64,000 nt of DNA, taken from NCBI GenBank assembly GCA_964508365.1, contig CAZDTP010000016.1, forward strand, positions 65-64,064, written 5' to 3'. The DNA comes from an uncultured archaeon (GTDB lineage: Archaea > Asgardarchaeota > Lokiarchaeia > Sigyniarchaeales > SOKP01). The position numbers and the translations under genes are program-made. The notes beneath the pieces are model-generated. The model ran no database searches. It was not told the origin of the DNA and worked only from the letters and a program-made list of their open reading frames with translations. The stretch's first letter is position 1; each line of letters starts with the position of its first letter. Positions 49,650 to 59,349 of this stretch are shown one piece after another.

Positions 49650-50207
49650 TTAATAGTAAATTTTTTTCGTGATAACTTTCCCTTTAAATGAAAACTCTAT
49701 TCCTTCCATTTCTAACAATGTTCGTTTCATCTCAAAACCTCCCTGAAATCCCCCGAGTTCACCATTTGATTTTATTGCCCTATGACATGGAATGACGATA
49801 GGAAATGGATTCCTTGCTAAGGCATTTCCTACTACTCTCGCACCCTTCGGTATACCGATTTTATTAGCAATTCGTTTATATGTACTAACCCAACCTCTTG
49901 GAATACCGTATTCTGCTAAAAGCACCTTTTTTTGAATTTGAAAACATTGATCAAAATCAATATATTCTAAGTCAAAGTTAATTTTTTCACCCTCTAAGAA
50001 CCGGATTATTTTATATCCAAGCGCTTTGATTATTGAAGAAGAGCCTGAGTCAATCGTTTTGAATGCATCACGCGCTTTTATTTCAGATTTTTTTTCAGGA
50101 TCACTAAGAAATATGCGTTGAACTCGTACATTAGAGTCGATCTCTTCCCAAATTATTGTAAAAGCATCATATAGAGAAGAAAAAGTCGAGTAGAATTGAA
50201 AGACCAT
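49650..50207 (-). CDS. ogt: Methylated-DNA--protein-cysteine methyltransferase
   Basis: IPRG...TY..IA...ARVVGNALARNP.PIVIPCHR and GGF motifs. Confidence 0.95.
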   Translation of the reverse strand: MVFQFYSTFSSLYDAFTIIWEEIDSNVRVQRIFLSDPEKKSEIKARDAFKTIDSGSSSIIKALGYKIIRFLEGEKINFDLEYIDFDQCFQIQKKVLLAEYGIPRGWVSTYKRIANKIGIPKGARVVGNALARNPFPIVIPCHRAIKSNGELGGFQGGFEMKRTLLEMEGIEFSFKGKVITKKIYY

Positions 50208-50260
50208 GCTTGATCATCATTTTCATTTTAATATAAAGTAAAGAATCTCTTAAAGGAATT

Positions 50261-50644
50261 CTAGATAATGTCTTCCCAAAAACTAATTAAATTTCCTTCA
50301 GAATCATTTATTTGAGCAAAATAAGCAAAATCTGCTATGGGAACTTTAGTATGAATTAGCTTGCCACCATTTTTTTCTACTTTATCAATCGTAGTATCAA
50401 TTGACTTTACTTTGATAAAAATATTTGTCACTTGCTGATCATAAGTATCCCTTTGAATTAATCCTCCGTTTATTCCACCTAGTTCAGTAGGAAAACCATT
50501 TTCATCCGTTGGAACTGTTGTAGCAAAATGATGATTTCCATCCATACCGGTAACCATAAAGTTCCAACCAAATATCTCACTAAAAAATTTTTTAGCTCGT
50601 TCCATATTATCTACGGGTAGTCCAAATAGATTTACTCCGTCCAT
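50261..50644 (-). CDS. VOC/glyoxalase-family protein
   Basis: MERAKKFFSEIFGW, GGINGG and DSEGN motifs. Confidence 0.9.
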   Translation of the reverse strand: MDGVNLFGLPVDNMERAKKFFSEIFGWNFMVTGMDGNHHFATTVPTDENGFPTELGGINGGLIQRDTYDQQVTNIFIKVKSIDTTIDKVEKNGGKLIHTKVPIADFAYFAQINDSEGNLISFWEDII

Positions 50645-50915
50645 AAATGCATCTATTCTAATAGAAATTAAAAATATTTAGCTTATTTTTTATAATATTT
50701 CTGTTATTATTCTCATCGGTTTGGGCGTCGTATATCCAATAAAAAAATGGAATTATTACGAATATATGGAGTAATTCAAAAATATTTATGATTTAAATTT
50801 TATTTCTTTAATACTTTCAACTTCCTTCGAACTATAAATTAGATCAATAAACAACTCTAAAAGAAAATTTGAGGTTTATGATAAAGTTATATAGAAAAGC
50901 TATTTTATTATTTTT

Positions 50916-51989
50916 ATGCCGATATTGAACAAACGATTATTAAGGCCAGATGTAAAGAAACTCCAACAAAGGAGTCAAAAAATAATTACGAAAGGAGCAC
51001 TCGAGATTGCGGAAAAGGAAGGAGTCGACATTATAAAAATACTCCCTATAATTGCGGACGGAAATAAACGATTCTACGAGATACTCGAAACTGGAGAAGG
51101 TAAAACAGAGGATCTTTACGATCTTATAAATCGAGACCAAATGAAGCAGCTAGCAAAGATTTTTCGTGGTGCAATGGAATATAAAGGGAAAATTCTACAA
51201 AAACAGCATCCTTTGTCTCCAGATGTAAAAATTGAATCTGTTGATACTGGGGGAGTGCCTGCAGAGTGGCAAATCTCTGAGGGTGTTGACGAAAATAAAA
51301 TCTTATTGTTTTTCCACGGAGGAGGACATGTGTTAGGATCTCCAATGTCCAGCCGACCTTATACAGTTGAGATTGGAAAAGCCGCGCATGTAAAAGTATT
51401 GAGCGTGGATTACGCTCTTGCTCCTGAACATCCATTCCCTGAGGGTCCAAACGATTGCTTTACATCTTATAAATGGCTTCTCTCATATGGATATAGACCT
51501 GAAAATATCATTATCGGTGGAGCTTCTGCGGGCGGAAACATGACTCTTGCAACTCTTATTAAAATTAAAGAGGAAGGTATTACCATGCCTAGAGGTGCTA
51601 TAGTTCTCTCTCCCGGTATAGATTATACGACAAACAGTAAAACAATTCTAGAGAATGCTCCTACCGATTGTGTTATGGCAGATGTGGGCGTTTTTTGGTG
51701 GATTCCCGCATATCTAAACGGAGAAGATCCTAATAATCCTCTCGTATGCCCTATCTTTGCTGACTTTACAGGTTTCCCTTCAATTTTAGCGCAAGTAAGC
51801 AGAAGTGAGATGGTCTACGATCATTCTACTCGATTAGTGGAATTCGCGAAAGCTGCCGGTGTTAATGCCATCCTACAAGAATGGGATGATATGCCCCATG
51901 TCTGGCAAAATTACGGTCTTTATGAACTTCCTGAAGCAAAAGAAGCTATAGATAAAATTGGTCAATTTATAAAAGATTTGTTTGATTAA
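50916..51989 (+). CDS. HSL-family alpha/beta hydrolase (esterase)
   Basis: HGGG, DYxLAPEHPFP, GASAGG and MPHVW motifs. Confidence 0.93.
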   Translation: MPILNKRLLRPDVKKLQQRSQKIITKGALEIAEKEGVDIIKILPIIADGNKRFYEILETGEGKTEDLYDLINRDQMKQLAKIFRGAMEYKGKILQKQHPLSPDVKIESVDTGGVPAEWQISEGVDENKILLFFHGGGHVLGSPMSSRPYTVEIGKAAHVKVLSVDYALAPEHPFPEGPNDCFTSYKWLLSYGYRPENIIIGGASAGGNMTLATLIKIKEEGITMPRGAIVLSPGIDYTTNSKTILENAPTDCVMADVGVFWWIPAYLNGEDPNNPLVCPIFADFTGFPSILAQVSRSEMVYDHSTRLVEFAKAAGVNAILQEWDDMPHVWQNYGLYELPEAKEAIDKIGQFIKDLFD

Positions 51990-52029
51990 TCAAGATGTGC
52001 TCAAATATAAGTTAGATCATTAAAAATGA

Positions 52030-52053
52030 AGGTTTCAAAGGGCATTGAAACCC
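52030..52053. terminator. Hairpin between convergent genes
   Basis: GGTTTCAA-AGGGCA-TTGAAACC 8-bp inverted repeat. Confidence 0.4.
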
Positions 52054-52123
52054 TAATTCTCAAAACTACTCTTAGAAATAGAACTGATTTCACAATTTAA
52101 ATAGTTGAGATTAATTTTTATGC

Positions 52124-54223
52124 TCACGAATCTTTCTTGTCCTTGTTAAATACCAAGCTCTTTACAGTAATTGGATATGCTTGTCCTGAGTAAAGAGGCG
52201 CACCGATATCAATAAAATCACCAGCTTCCAAGATCAATTCGTCCAGACAGACAAGATTATTCTGGATTGATGTTCCACGACGGATTGTGATTCCCAAAAC
52301 TTTAGCAATATCCATGCTAAAGATCAAGATGATGGGCTTTTTCAGAGCAACGGAATGTGAGAGTGAACTCTCGATTGCTTTAGCAAGTGTTGATAATAAG
52401 TTATCAGTGTGATCGATAAATTCTTTAAAGTAGAGAGCAACGATATCTTCACTTTCTTTCATGTCATAATTTTTGAAAGCTCGATTAATCTCATTCTTAA
52501 TATTTTCAAGACTAAACTCTCTTCTTTTTACATTTACAGGCAAAATTGGAATATTATTGAGTGGAAGGACAACATCTTCGTCAACATAGCATGTTGATCC
52601 TGATATCGAAAGAGAAAATGCCCCGGCACCAATTACAGTTGCCCTAATCTTGTTTTCTGGTTCAGTTATTGATAAACCTAGTTCTTCTACGAGAAGATTA
52701 ATCTCCTCAGCCAGATATTTTCCAATGTCATTGAATTCTTCGTGTGAAATATCTCTATCATAAATCATCTCTGCAACTCCACCGGAGAAGGAAAACTCGT
52801 CGATTGGGATGGAAAAATCCAAGTCATCGGTCATCATCAGTTCTTTGGCAATTTTACTTGTTGCTGGACCTCGCATCACTTCGAGTAAGGCTTTAGCGTA
52901 TTCCCGAGAGATGGTCTTAACATCATTCTCAAGGATGATATCTCCTAGTTTATATTTCATGTTCAACTCTTTCATGAGGAATGCACTGGGTTCATCTATC
53001 CTCCAAATTTTAAATTCTTCGTCAATTCCTAATAATCTCCCTCCTATGTTGATGCAAGAAGTGCTATGTACATTTCCCTTCGAAGTTATCGCAATATTAC
53101 TGGTACCTCCCCCAACATCAACATTTAATATAGTTTGCTGATTCTTGCGTGATTGTTCAACGATTCCACTTCCCATGGCTCCAAGAAGTGACTCAAAATT
53201 TGGACCTGCTACTGCGCTGACGAATTTTCCACCCTCAGAAGATAATCGGTTAATTATCTCCGCAGCGTTTTGTTTTTTAGCAGTCTCCCCGGTAACTATA
53301 ACTGCACCCGTATCTACCATCTCGGTTGTAATCCCTGCTTTCTTGTACTCCTCTTCGCAAAATTTTATGATCTCCTCAATATCTATGGTATAACGATCAA
53401 TTAAGGGAGTAAAAATAATATTACTTTCATATATGATGTCTCGATTGGCGAGAACAAATCGATTTGACATGTTAAAAAAACTGGTTTCCCTTTTTAAAGT
53501 TAATTTTGAGAAAACAAGATGAGAGGTGGAAGAACCAATATCAATTCCCACGCTCGTTACATCCAAATATTCAGCATTTGCCTCTTTAGAATCTATATGA
53601 CCCATTAGTAATTCGGCGGATAAGATTTTAATTTCAGGTTCAACTTCTTTACTCTTAATTTCTTCGTTCGGTAATTCTTCTTGAATTCTTACTATCTTAA
53701 TTACCATCTCTTTATCACAGTGCTTTGGTAATTCTTTTTTTTCATTATCAGAGTCATCATTTAGCAGTTGTTCTTTTATTTCTGGTGAAATCTTAAAATT
53801 TTGGTTACATGCCGTACAGTGGTAAATTAAACCCATGGATTTATTACTCCCAGGTATTACTGGTCCTTTTTTTTTTGGAGGAAGTTTGTTTTCTTTAACT
53901 TGGTTTCGAATTCTATCTAAAGGAACATTGAATGATGGTATAACTGCATCGCAACACATGTCAAATTCCTTACCTGGTTTCAAAATCGTTGATAATGCTG
54001 GCTTAAACTCCATGATCAGCCTGTAGTACCGAAGGAGATCATAAATATCTTCATTCTCGTGCTCTTGAAGTAATTTTTTGTATTGATGCAAAAATTCATC
54101 CCCTAAAGATTCTGCATTTGGGTTTGCATTCGCGGCCAGAAATCTTTTTATATAGTAAACAACAGCTGTCATTTGTGAATCAATGTTAATCTCGATATCT
54201 TGTATTCTAATTTTTTTTATCAT
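52124..54223 (-). CDS. eutA: EutA-like B12-enzyme reactivating ATPase with ~215-aa N-terminal extension
   Basis: SVGIDIGSSTSHLVFS, GAVIVTGETAKKQNA, AGPNFE...G.GSG, NVDVGGGTSN, IRATVIGAG and GDFIDIG.P...P.TVKSLVF motifs. Confidence 0.85.
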   Translation of the reverse strand: MIKKIRIQDIEINIDSQMTAVVYYIKRFLAANANPNAESLGDEFLHQYKKLLQEHENEDIYDLLRYYRLIMEFKPALSTILKPGKEFDMCCDAVIPSFNVPLDRIRNQVKENKLPPKKKGPVIPGSNKSMGLIYHCTACNQNFKISPEIKEQLLNDDSDNEKKELPKHCDKEMVIKIVRIQEELPNEEIKSKEVEPEIKILSAELLMGHIDSKEANAEYLDVTSVGIDIGSSTSHLVFSKLTLKRETSFFNMSNRFVLANRDIIYESNIIFTPLIDRYTIDIEEIIKFCEEEYKKAGITTEMVDTGAVIVTGETAKKQNAAEIINRLSSEGGKFVSAVAGPNFESLLGAMGSGIVEQSRKNQQTILNVDVGGGTSNIAITSKGNVHSTSCINIGGRLLGIDEEFKIWRIDEPSAFLMKELNMKYKLGDIILENDVKTISREYAKALLEVMRGPATSKIAKELMMTDDLDFSIPIDEFSFSGGVAEMIYDRDISHEEFNDIGKYLAEEINLLVEELGLSITEPENKIRATVIGAGAFSLSISGSTCYVDEDVVLPLNNIPILPVNVKRREFSLENIKNEINRAFKNYDMKESEDIVALYFKEFIDHTDNLLSTLAKAIESSLSHSVALKKPIILIFSMDIAKVLGITIRRGTSIQNNLVCLDELILEAGDFIDIGAPLYSGQAYPITVKSLVFNKDKKDS

Positions 54224-54320
54224 TTTTTTTATTCCTCTTTCTTTTTCTCCTCTCCTTCCTTTAATGGTAAGTCCATAATTAAATGTGCATATACATGAAA
54301 ATTAAAGATTTTAAATAAAT

Positions 54321-54344
54321 TTCGTGAAACGATGATTTCACGAA
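54321..54344. promoter_or_regulatory. Perfect palindromic operator candidate upstream of the eutA-like promoter
   Basis: TTCGTGAAA-N6-TTTCACGAA next to TTTAAA at ~54310-54315. Confidence 0.45.
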
Positions 54345-54724
54345 TTTTCCTTTTCATATTGATTTGTATAATATCACTAACTTTAATAAAAAAAATCTCA
54401 CAAAGTCTCAACTCAAATGACTGTATAATCTATTTCCTTTTTTTTCTCATATTTATTAAAAATGTCTCGGTTTTTTAATAAAAAATCATAACAGAAGTTT
54501 AAGAGTATTATAATTGGGCTAGTATTTATAAATGCGAATTATCTTATCTTTTTTTAGAAAAAGCGCTCTTTTTTCCATATTTCCATTTCCATATTTTAAT
54601 CACTTGCTCGTAATAACAATTACGGGCGTTTTTTCTCATCTTCTTTCAAATAAAAGGCATATTGAATAACTAATCTTATATTTTTTCTTGTATTATTGAG
54701 CGTTATTGAGAATAATACTATACT

Positions 54725-55873
54725 ATGACGAAGAACTTTAAAATTTTTTATAAGGAATTTAAAACGACCTTAAACAGGTTAAAATACCCCGATTCTTGGT
54801 TTTGGTGCAGATACACTATAAATCCTTACTCTGGATGTGCTCATACTTGTATATACTGCGATGCTAGAAGCGAAAGGTACTATTTAAGTCAGGATTTTGA
54901 AACGGAAGTAATTGTCAAATCTAATATAGATAAAAATCTTGACCAAAGAATTAAGAGATCCCGAACGCTACTTCCAGATGTAATAGGTCCAGGCGGAGTT
55001 TGCGATGCATACCAACCAATTGAATTAGAAGTCGAAAATACTCTAAAAATTCTAAAAGTAATCGAAAAACATAAATATCCAGTTAATATCGCTACAAAAT
55101 CAAATTTGATAACTAGAGACATAGATATATTAAATAGAATTGCAAATGATACCTGGTGTACTGTTGGTTTTTCTATCACTACTATAAATGAGGAATTAGC
55201 ACAATTTTTAGAACCTCATTCTTCTTCACCGAAGGAACGACTCGAAGCTCTAAAACTGATTAAACAGAAAGCACCCAATGTACAAGTTGGAACGTATTTC
55301 ATGCCAATAATCCCCTTTTTAGAAGATAACGACGAAAATTTGGCCGATGTGATTAAACAAACTAAAAAAGCGGGAGCTGATTTTATTCTTTTTTCGCCAG
55401 GTTTGACAATACGCGATCAACAAGCAGAATTTTTTATTAAAAAATTAAAGAACAGTAAATATAAACATATCGTAAAATCTTTACTAAATTTATATAAAGG
55501 ACAAGTCTACCCGCCTGCTGATTATGTAAAAAAATTGCAACCAAAATTGTTAAGTTATTGCGAGGAGTATGAATTACCTATAAGAGAAAAGAGATGGATA
55601 CCGGACGATTACCGAAAGTGGAATTACAAAATTTCTGAGTTGTTATTGAACAAAGAATATTTGGATGCTGTTAAAACTGGAAAATCAAACAATGCCATGA
55701 AATGGGCTGGTTTAAATCTAAATAATCTGGAAGAATCTATTATTATTGTTTATAAAAGAGGAGAGTTAGCTACACTTAAGAACTTTAATTCTAAAGTAAT
55801 AGAATTTGTAGAACCCTATTTAAAAAAAAGCAAAGAAATGAATGAGAGAATAGGAATTGATAAATTTATATGA
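54725..55873 (+). CDS. Radical SAM protein, spore-photoproduct-lyase-like (Rv2578c-type)
   Basis: INPYSGCAHTCIYCDAR, DAYQPIE, TKSxLIxRDID and MPIIPF motifs. Confidence 0.88.
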   Translation: MTKNFKIFYKEFKTTLNRLKYPDSWFWCRYTINPYSGCAHTCIYCDARSERYYLSQDFETEVIVKSNIDKNLDQRIKRSRTLLPDVIGPGGVCDAYQPIELEVENTLKILKVIEKHKYPVNIATKSNLITRDIDILNRIANDTWCTVGFSITTINEELAQFLEPHSSSPKERLEALKLIKQKAPNVQVGTYFMPIIPFLEDNDENLADVIKQTKKAGADFILFSPGLTIRDQQAEFFIKKLKNSKYKHIVKSLLNLYKGQVYPPADYVKKLQPKLLSYCEEYELPIREKRWIPDDYRKWNYKISELLLNKEYLDAVKTGKSNNAMKWAGLNLNNLEESIIIVYKRGELATLKNFNSKVIEFVEPYLKKSKEMNERIGIDKFI

Positions 55874-56619
55874 TAGATTCGATTGTGAAGGAAATATCAA
55901 GATTACTATTAGAAAACACACCTCAGCTATCTGAAGATCAAATAGATAGAATGTATAAGATATTAAATCCAGATATTTCTGATTATATCATATATGGCAT
56001 TCGAATGCCCGAAATAGAAAAGATCGTAAGGTCAGTTCACGAAAAATTTGACTGCAGTTATGATGACGCTGTTGAAGTGTTTAGGAAGCTAACAAGAACA
56101 AATGTTGAAGAACAAAAGTTTGCCGGATTTTTATTCCTAATTCGATTCAAGAAATATTTCAATGAAGAAACTGTTGATTTAATTAGAAAAGAATACGCAG
56201 AACATTGCCACACATGGAGTCACTGCGATTCAACTTGCGTAAGACTTTTAGGCCCGTTTTTAGGAAAAAAGGGTAATGAAACCTTAGCAAAAAACACTAT
56301 AAATGATTGGTCAAATTCAGATAATTTATGGATAAAAAGAGCTTCTATGGTGATATTACTTAAAATAATTATGATGAGAAAAGATTTTGATGAGGATTAT
56401 GTTTTTAAACTAGTAGAAAAAATGTTAGAGTATTCTAAAGCAAACTATATCGAAAAGGGAATAGGATGGCTATTAAAAACATGCTCAAAATATAAACCTG
56501 AAGCTATTATTGATTATTTATTAATGAACACAAAAAATCTATCTAGGCTAATCCTTAGATATGCCAGTGAAAAATTACCTAAAGAAAAAAGAACAGAAAT
56601 TCTTAATAAAAGAAGTTAA
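55870..56619 (+). CDS. DNA alkylation repair protein (AlkD/HEAT-like)
   Basis: YGIRMPE, WxxCD, W..SDNLWIKRA, YIEKGIGWLLK and RYASEKL motifs; ATGA overlap with the radical SAM gene. Confidence 0.88.
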   Translation: MIDSIVKEISRLLLENTPQLSEDQIDRMYKILNPDISDYIIYGIRMPEIEKIVRSVHEKFDCSYDDAVEVFRKLTRTNVEEQKFAGFLFLIRFKKYFNEETVDLIRKEYAEHCHTWSHCDSTCVRLLGPFLGKKGNETLAKNTINDWSNSDNLWIKRASMVILLKIIMMRKDFDEDYVFKLVEKMLEYSKANYIEKGIGWLLKTCSKYKPEAIIDYLLMNTKNLSRLILRYASEKLPKEKRTEILNKRS

Positions 56620-56696
56620 TTCAAAATTTTGGAGCATTTGTGTTAGTTAGTAGGATAGAAAAATAGAAAAACAGATTTGAATCAGTTTGTTCAGCA

Positions 56697-57542
56697 CTAT
56701 AAGTCCATTGTGAGTTTAATAGCATTTACAGGGCAAATATCTACGCAACGATTGCAGTAATAGCATTCTGTTTTTTTACTATTTGCTGCTGCTTCTTGAG
56801 TTGGACAGATTTTTTCGCATAAGCCACACTCAGTACAATCTTCGGTTCTTTCCAATTTATTTCTGGTTAATCGACTAGTTAGGGCGGACAATGCACCAAA
56901 TGGACATAAAAATCGACACCATGGCCGATAAAGAAAAACACTGGCAATGCTTATAATAACTAATCCGATAAACGGAACTACGAACGTGAAAGTATAGATC
57001 GTCTTATAAAAAGAAAAACCTGAAAGAGGATTAAATACATTAAGTAGCATTATACCAAAAACCGCTAAAACTACTATTACCCCCAAAAAATCCGTCGTAT
57101 AATAGAAGGAATTTTCGACGAGACATCAATACGGTATTTCACCTTTTCTTGTACTTTCAAATTAGATTTAAAGTTAATTTTAGAGATCAATTCCTGTAAT
57201 GCGCCTAATGGGCACGCAAATCCGCATAAAAGTCTACCTGCAACTATTGATGACCCCAATAAAACTCCTAAAATTATAATCACAGCAATCAGAGATAGAA
57301 TCGTTCCTCCTCCTACTAAAACACCGAGAAGTTGTTGGATAGGCATGACAACATTTGGGACACCTCCTAGTACAATTCCTCCAAAGACAAGAGTTATGAA
57401 TAAAATTAGTAGGTTTAATTTGTTGGTCAACATTTCTGTGTCTATTAATAAAATTACCAGTATAAAGGTCATTCCCCATATCAAAAACATAGGGACGGCA
57501 AGCGTGTAATCAAATGGAAAAATTTTCAGTTTGAAAAATCAT
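56697..57542 (-). pseudogene. NapH/YccM-like membrane 4Fe-4S-binding protein, broken by two homopolymer frameshifts
   Basis: GRLLCGFACPLGALQE in 57077-57490; RPWCRFLCPFG plus two CxxCxxCxxxCP motifs in 56697-57086; shifts at a T6G5 run (~57080-57090) and a T5 run (~57518-57522). Confidence 0.75.
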
Positions 57543-57643
57543 ATAACTCAATCTAATTATGTATAGTTGTAATATTATTCTATAGAGATAAAATAGAGAA
57601 GAAATTTAGAAATTTATGCTTTGAAGTTTTTATTGTTAAGAGA

Positions 57644-57829
57644 TTATGTATCATAATTTTCTTCGTGGAAATCGTTTTCATTTTCGCCATTTTCCTCCTC
57701 TTCCTCATCTTCCTCTTCTTTTTCATTCCAATCATTGTCCTCTTCTTTTGTTTTCTTTTCTTCACGATTCATTTCCCTCTCATTCCATTCATCCGTTTTC
57801 ATCCTTTTTCTAATTTTAATTTTTTTCAT
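57644..57829 (-). CDS. Small protein with basic N-terminus and acidic C-terminus (61 aa)
   Basis: SD AGGAG before ATG; sequence MKKIKIRKRMK...EEEDEEEENGENEND. Confidence 0.55.
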   Translation of the reverse strand: MKKIKIRKRMKTDEWNEREMNREEKKTKEEDNDWNEKEEEDEEEEENGENENDFHEENYDT

Positions 57830-58244
57830 AATTTTAATCTCCTAAACATTTTTTCTAAAGCACGATTCAAATCTCATTTAATATATTTTAAACATAATTG
57901 TTAAAACTTAGTAAATTTTTAAATATTAATTCTATTACTCTAGGAAATCTATCTTTTTTTAGTGGTATTTGAGGTTCAAATCCTTCAAAAAATAATTATA
58001 TATATATGAGTAAAGAAAAGAAGTGATGTGTACGAAATTGAAAAGATATTGAACCTTTTCTGGAAAAAAATTAAAACACCAAAAGAAATCATAGAAGAAA
58101 AGGTTCGAAAATCGGGTTATCTGATAAATATCCCAAGTATAGCAACCGAGTTTATAGATATTTTAGTTGCGATAATTTTATAAAAAAACAAAAAAATTTT
58201 CGAGTTCAATGTCATTTCTCTTTTTTTTAAAGGATTTTCTCAGC

Positions 58245-59087
58245 TCATCTATCAATCTTCTGACAGGAAGGACAGAAGTATATAGTACCTCCAAGATATT
58301 GTTGTTTTTTGATTAGAATCCCACATGTAGGGCATGGAGTATCAACTGACTTGCTATGCATGATTCTCTTGTATTTACCATAGTTATCAAAGATATCCTT
58401 CTCAGAATCTCTTCCCCCAAGTCTTACCATTTTATGTAGTTCATTTCGAATTGTTTGGTATAGGAGTTTTTGTTGTTCTTTTATCAATGATTTCATCTCT
58501 CTTTTGGGATGAATTTCTGATAGAAAGAAAATATCCTGAATTACTCCATTCCCAATTCCCCTTAATCCGGGGTCTGTAATGCAAAATTTCTTAGCACTGC
58601 ATTTCTTTTTTTCTGGTATTTTCTGTATTAATTCTTCAAAAGCCTTGAAAGTAAATTCTTCTGAAAGCGGATCAATTTTGTTTAATTGAATATGAGGATG
58701 GTTTTCAATATTCTTTACCTCAATTAATCTTACTTCTCCCCATCCAGATACCGTTACTGTCAGATATGTGTGATCATTGAATTCTAATAGTAGTTGATGT
58801 TTTTTGGGAATTGATTTAGCTTGCATATGATAATTAATTCTTTCTCCTCCACATCCAAGGCTCAGTAAATAATCTGAATCCAGTTGGACGAGGATTATAT
58901 TTCCATTTGACCAGCTTTTCGTTATTTTCTTTCCTTTAAGTATTTGTGAAACTTCCTCATCTGAATGGTTACCAATAAACGCAAATTTATGGGGTGTTTG
59001 CCCTCTAATGGCTGATTTTATAGTTTTTCCTATTAGAGTCTCATTGATCTGTTCAGATATTACAATTGCTTCAGGTAATTCTATCAT
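58245..59087 (-). CDS. Fpg/Nei-family DNA glycosylase-like protein (Ile in place of catalytic Pro2)
   Basis: MIELPE N-terminus, H2TH motif GIGNG..QDI.F.S.IHP and C-terminal CPTCG...FCPSCQ zinc finger. Confidence 0.9.
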   Translation of the reverse strand: MIELPEAIVISEQINETLIGKTIKSAIRGQTPHKFAFIGNHSDEEVSQILKGKKITKSWSNGNIILVQLDSDYLLSLGCGGERINYHMQAKSIPKKHQLLLEFNDHTYLTVTVSGWGEVRLIEVKNIENHPHIQLNKIDPLSEEFTFKAFEELIQKIPEKKKCSAKKFCITDPGLRGIGNGVIQDIFFLSEIHPKREMKSLIKEQQKLLYQTIRNELHKMVRLGGRDSEKDIFDNYGKYKRIMHSKSVDTPCPTCGILIKKQQYLGGTIYFCPSCQKIDR

Positions 59088-59349
59088 GTGTAAATTATAG
59101 TTTATTCTTTTTTGACAAGAGGATTATTCATGTTAAATTAAATAGAGAAAATTAACCCTCAAAAAAAAGGTTATAGGTCATAATATATCCTGTATATGAT
59201 AATGAACTTGAGGTTGCGAAAAAAATAGAATTTACTACATAGCGTGATCAAAAACTAAAAAGATTTTTATGACATTCTATACTTTGATTTCTATCTTAAT
59301 TAGGATTAAAAGAGTTTTTTTAATTTCGAGTTAGGAGTAGCTTCAATCT

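Noticed and set aside
52026-52058. ATGA-hairpin as a possible SECIS
   Set aside because: The 3' side lacks the required GA and the flanking genes have no internal UGA; more likely a terminator.
58028-58183. ~51-aa + strand ORF convergent with the Fpg-like gene
   Set aside because: No clear SD or recognisable motif; cannot be supported.
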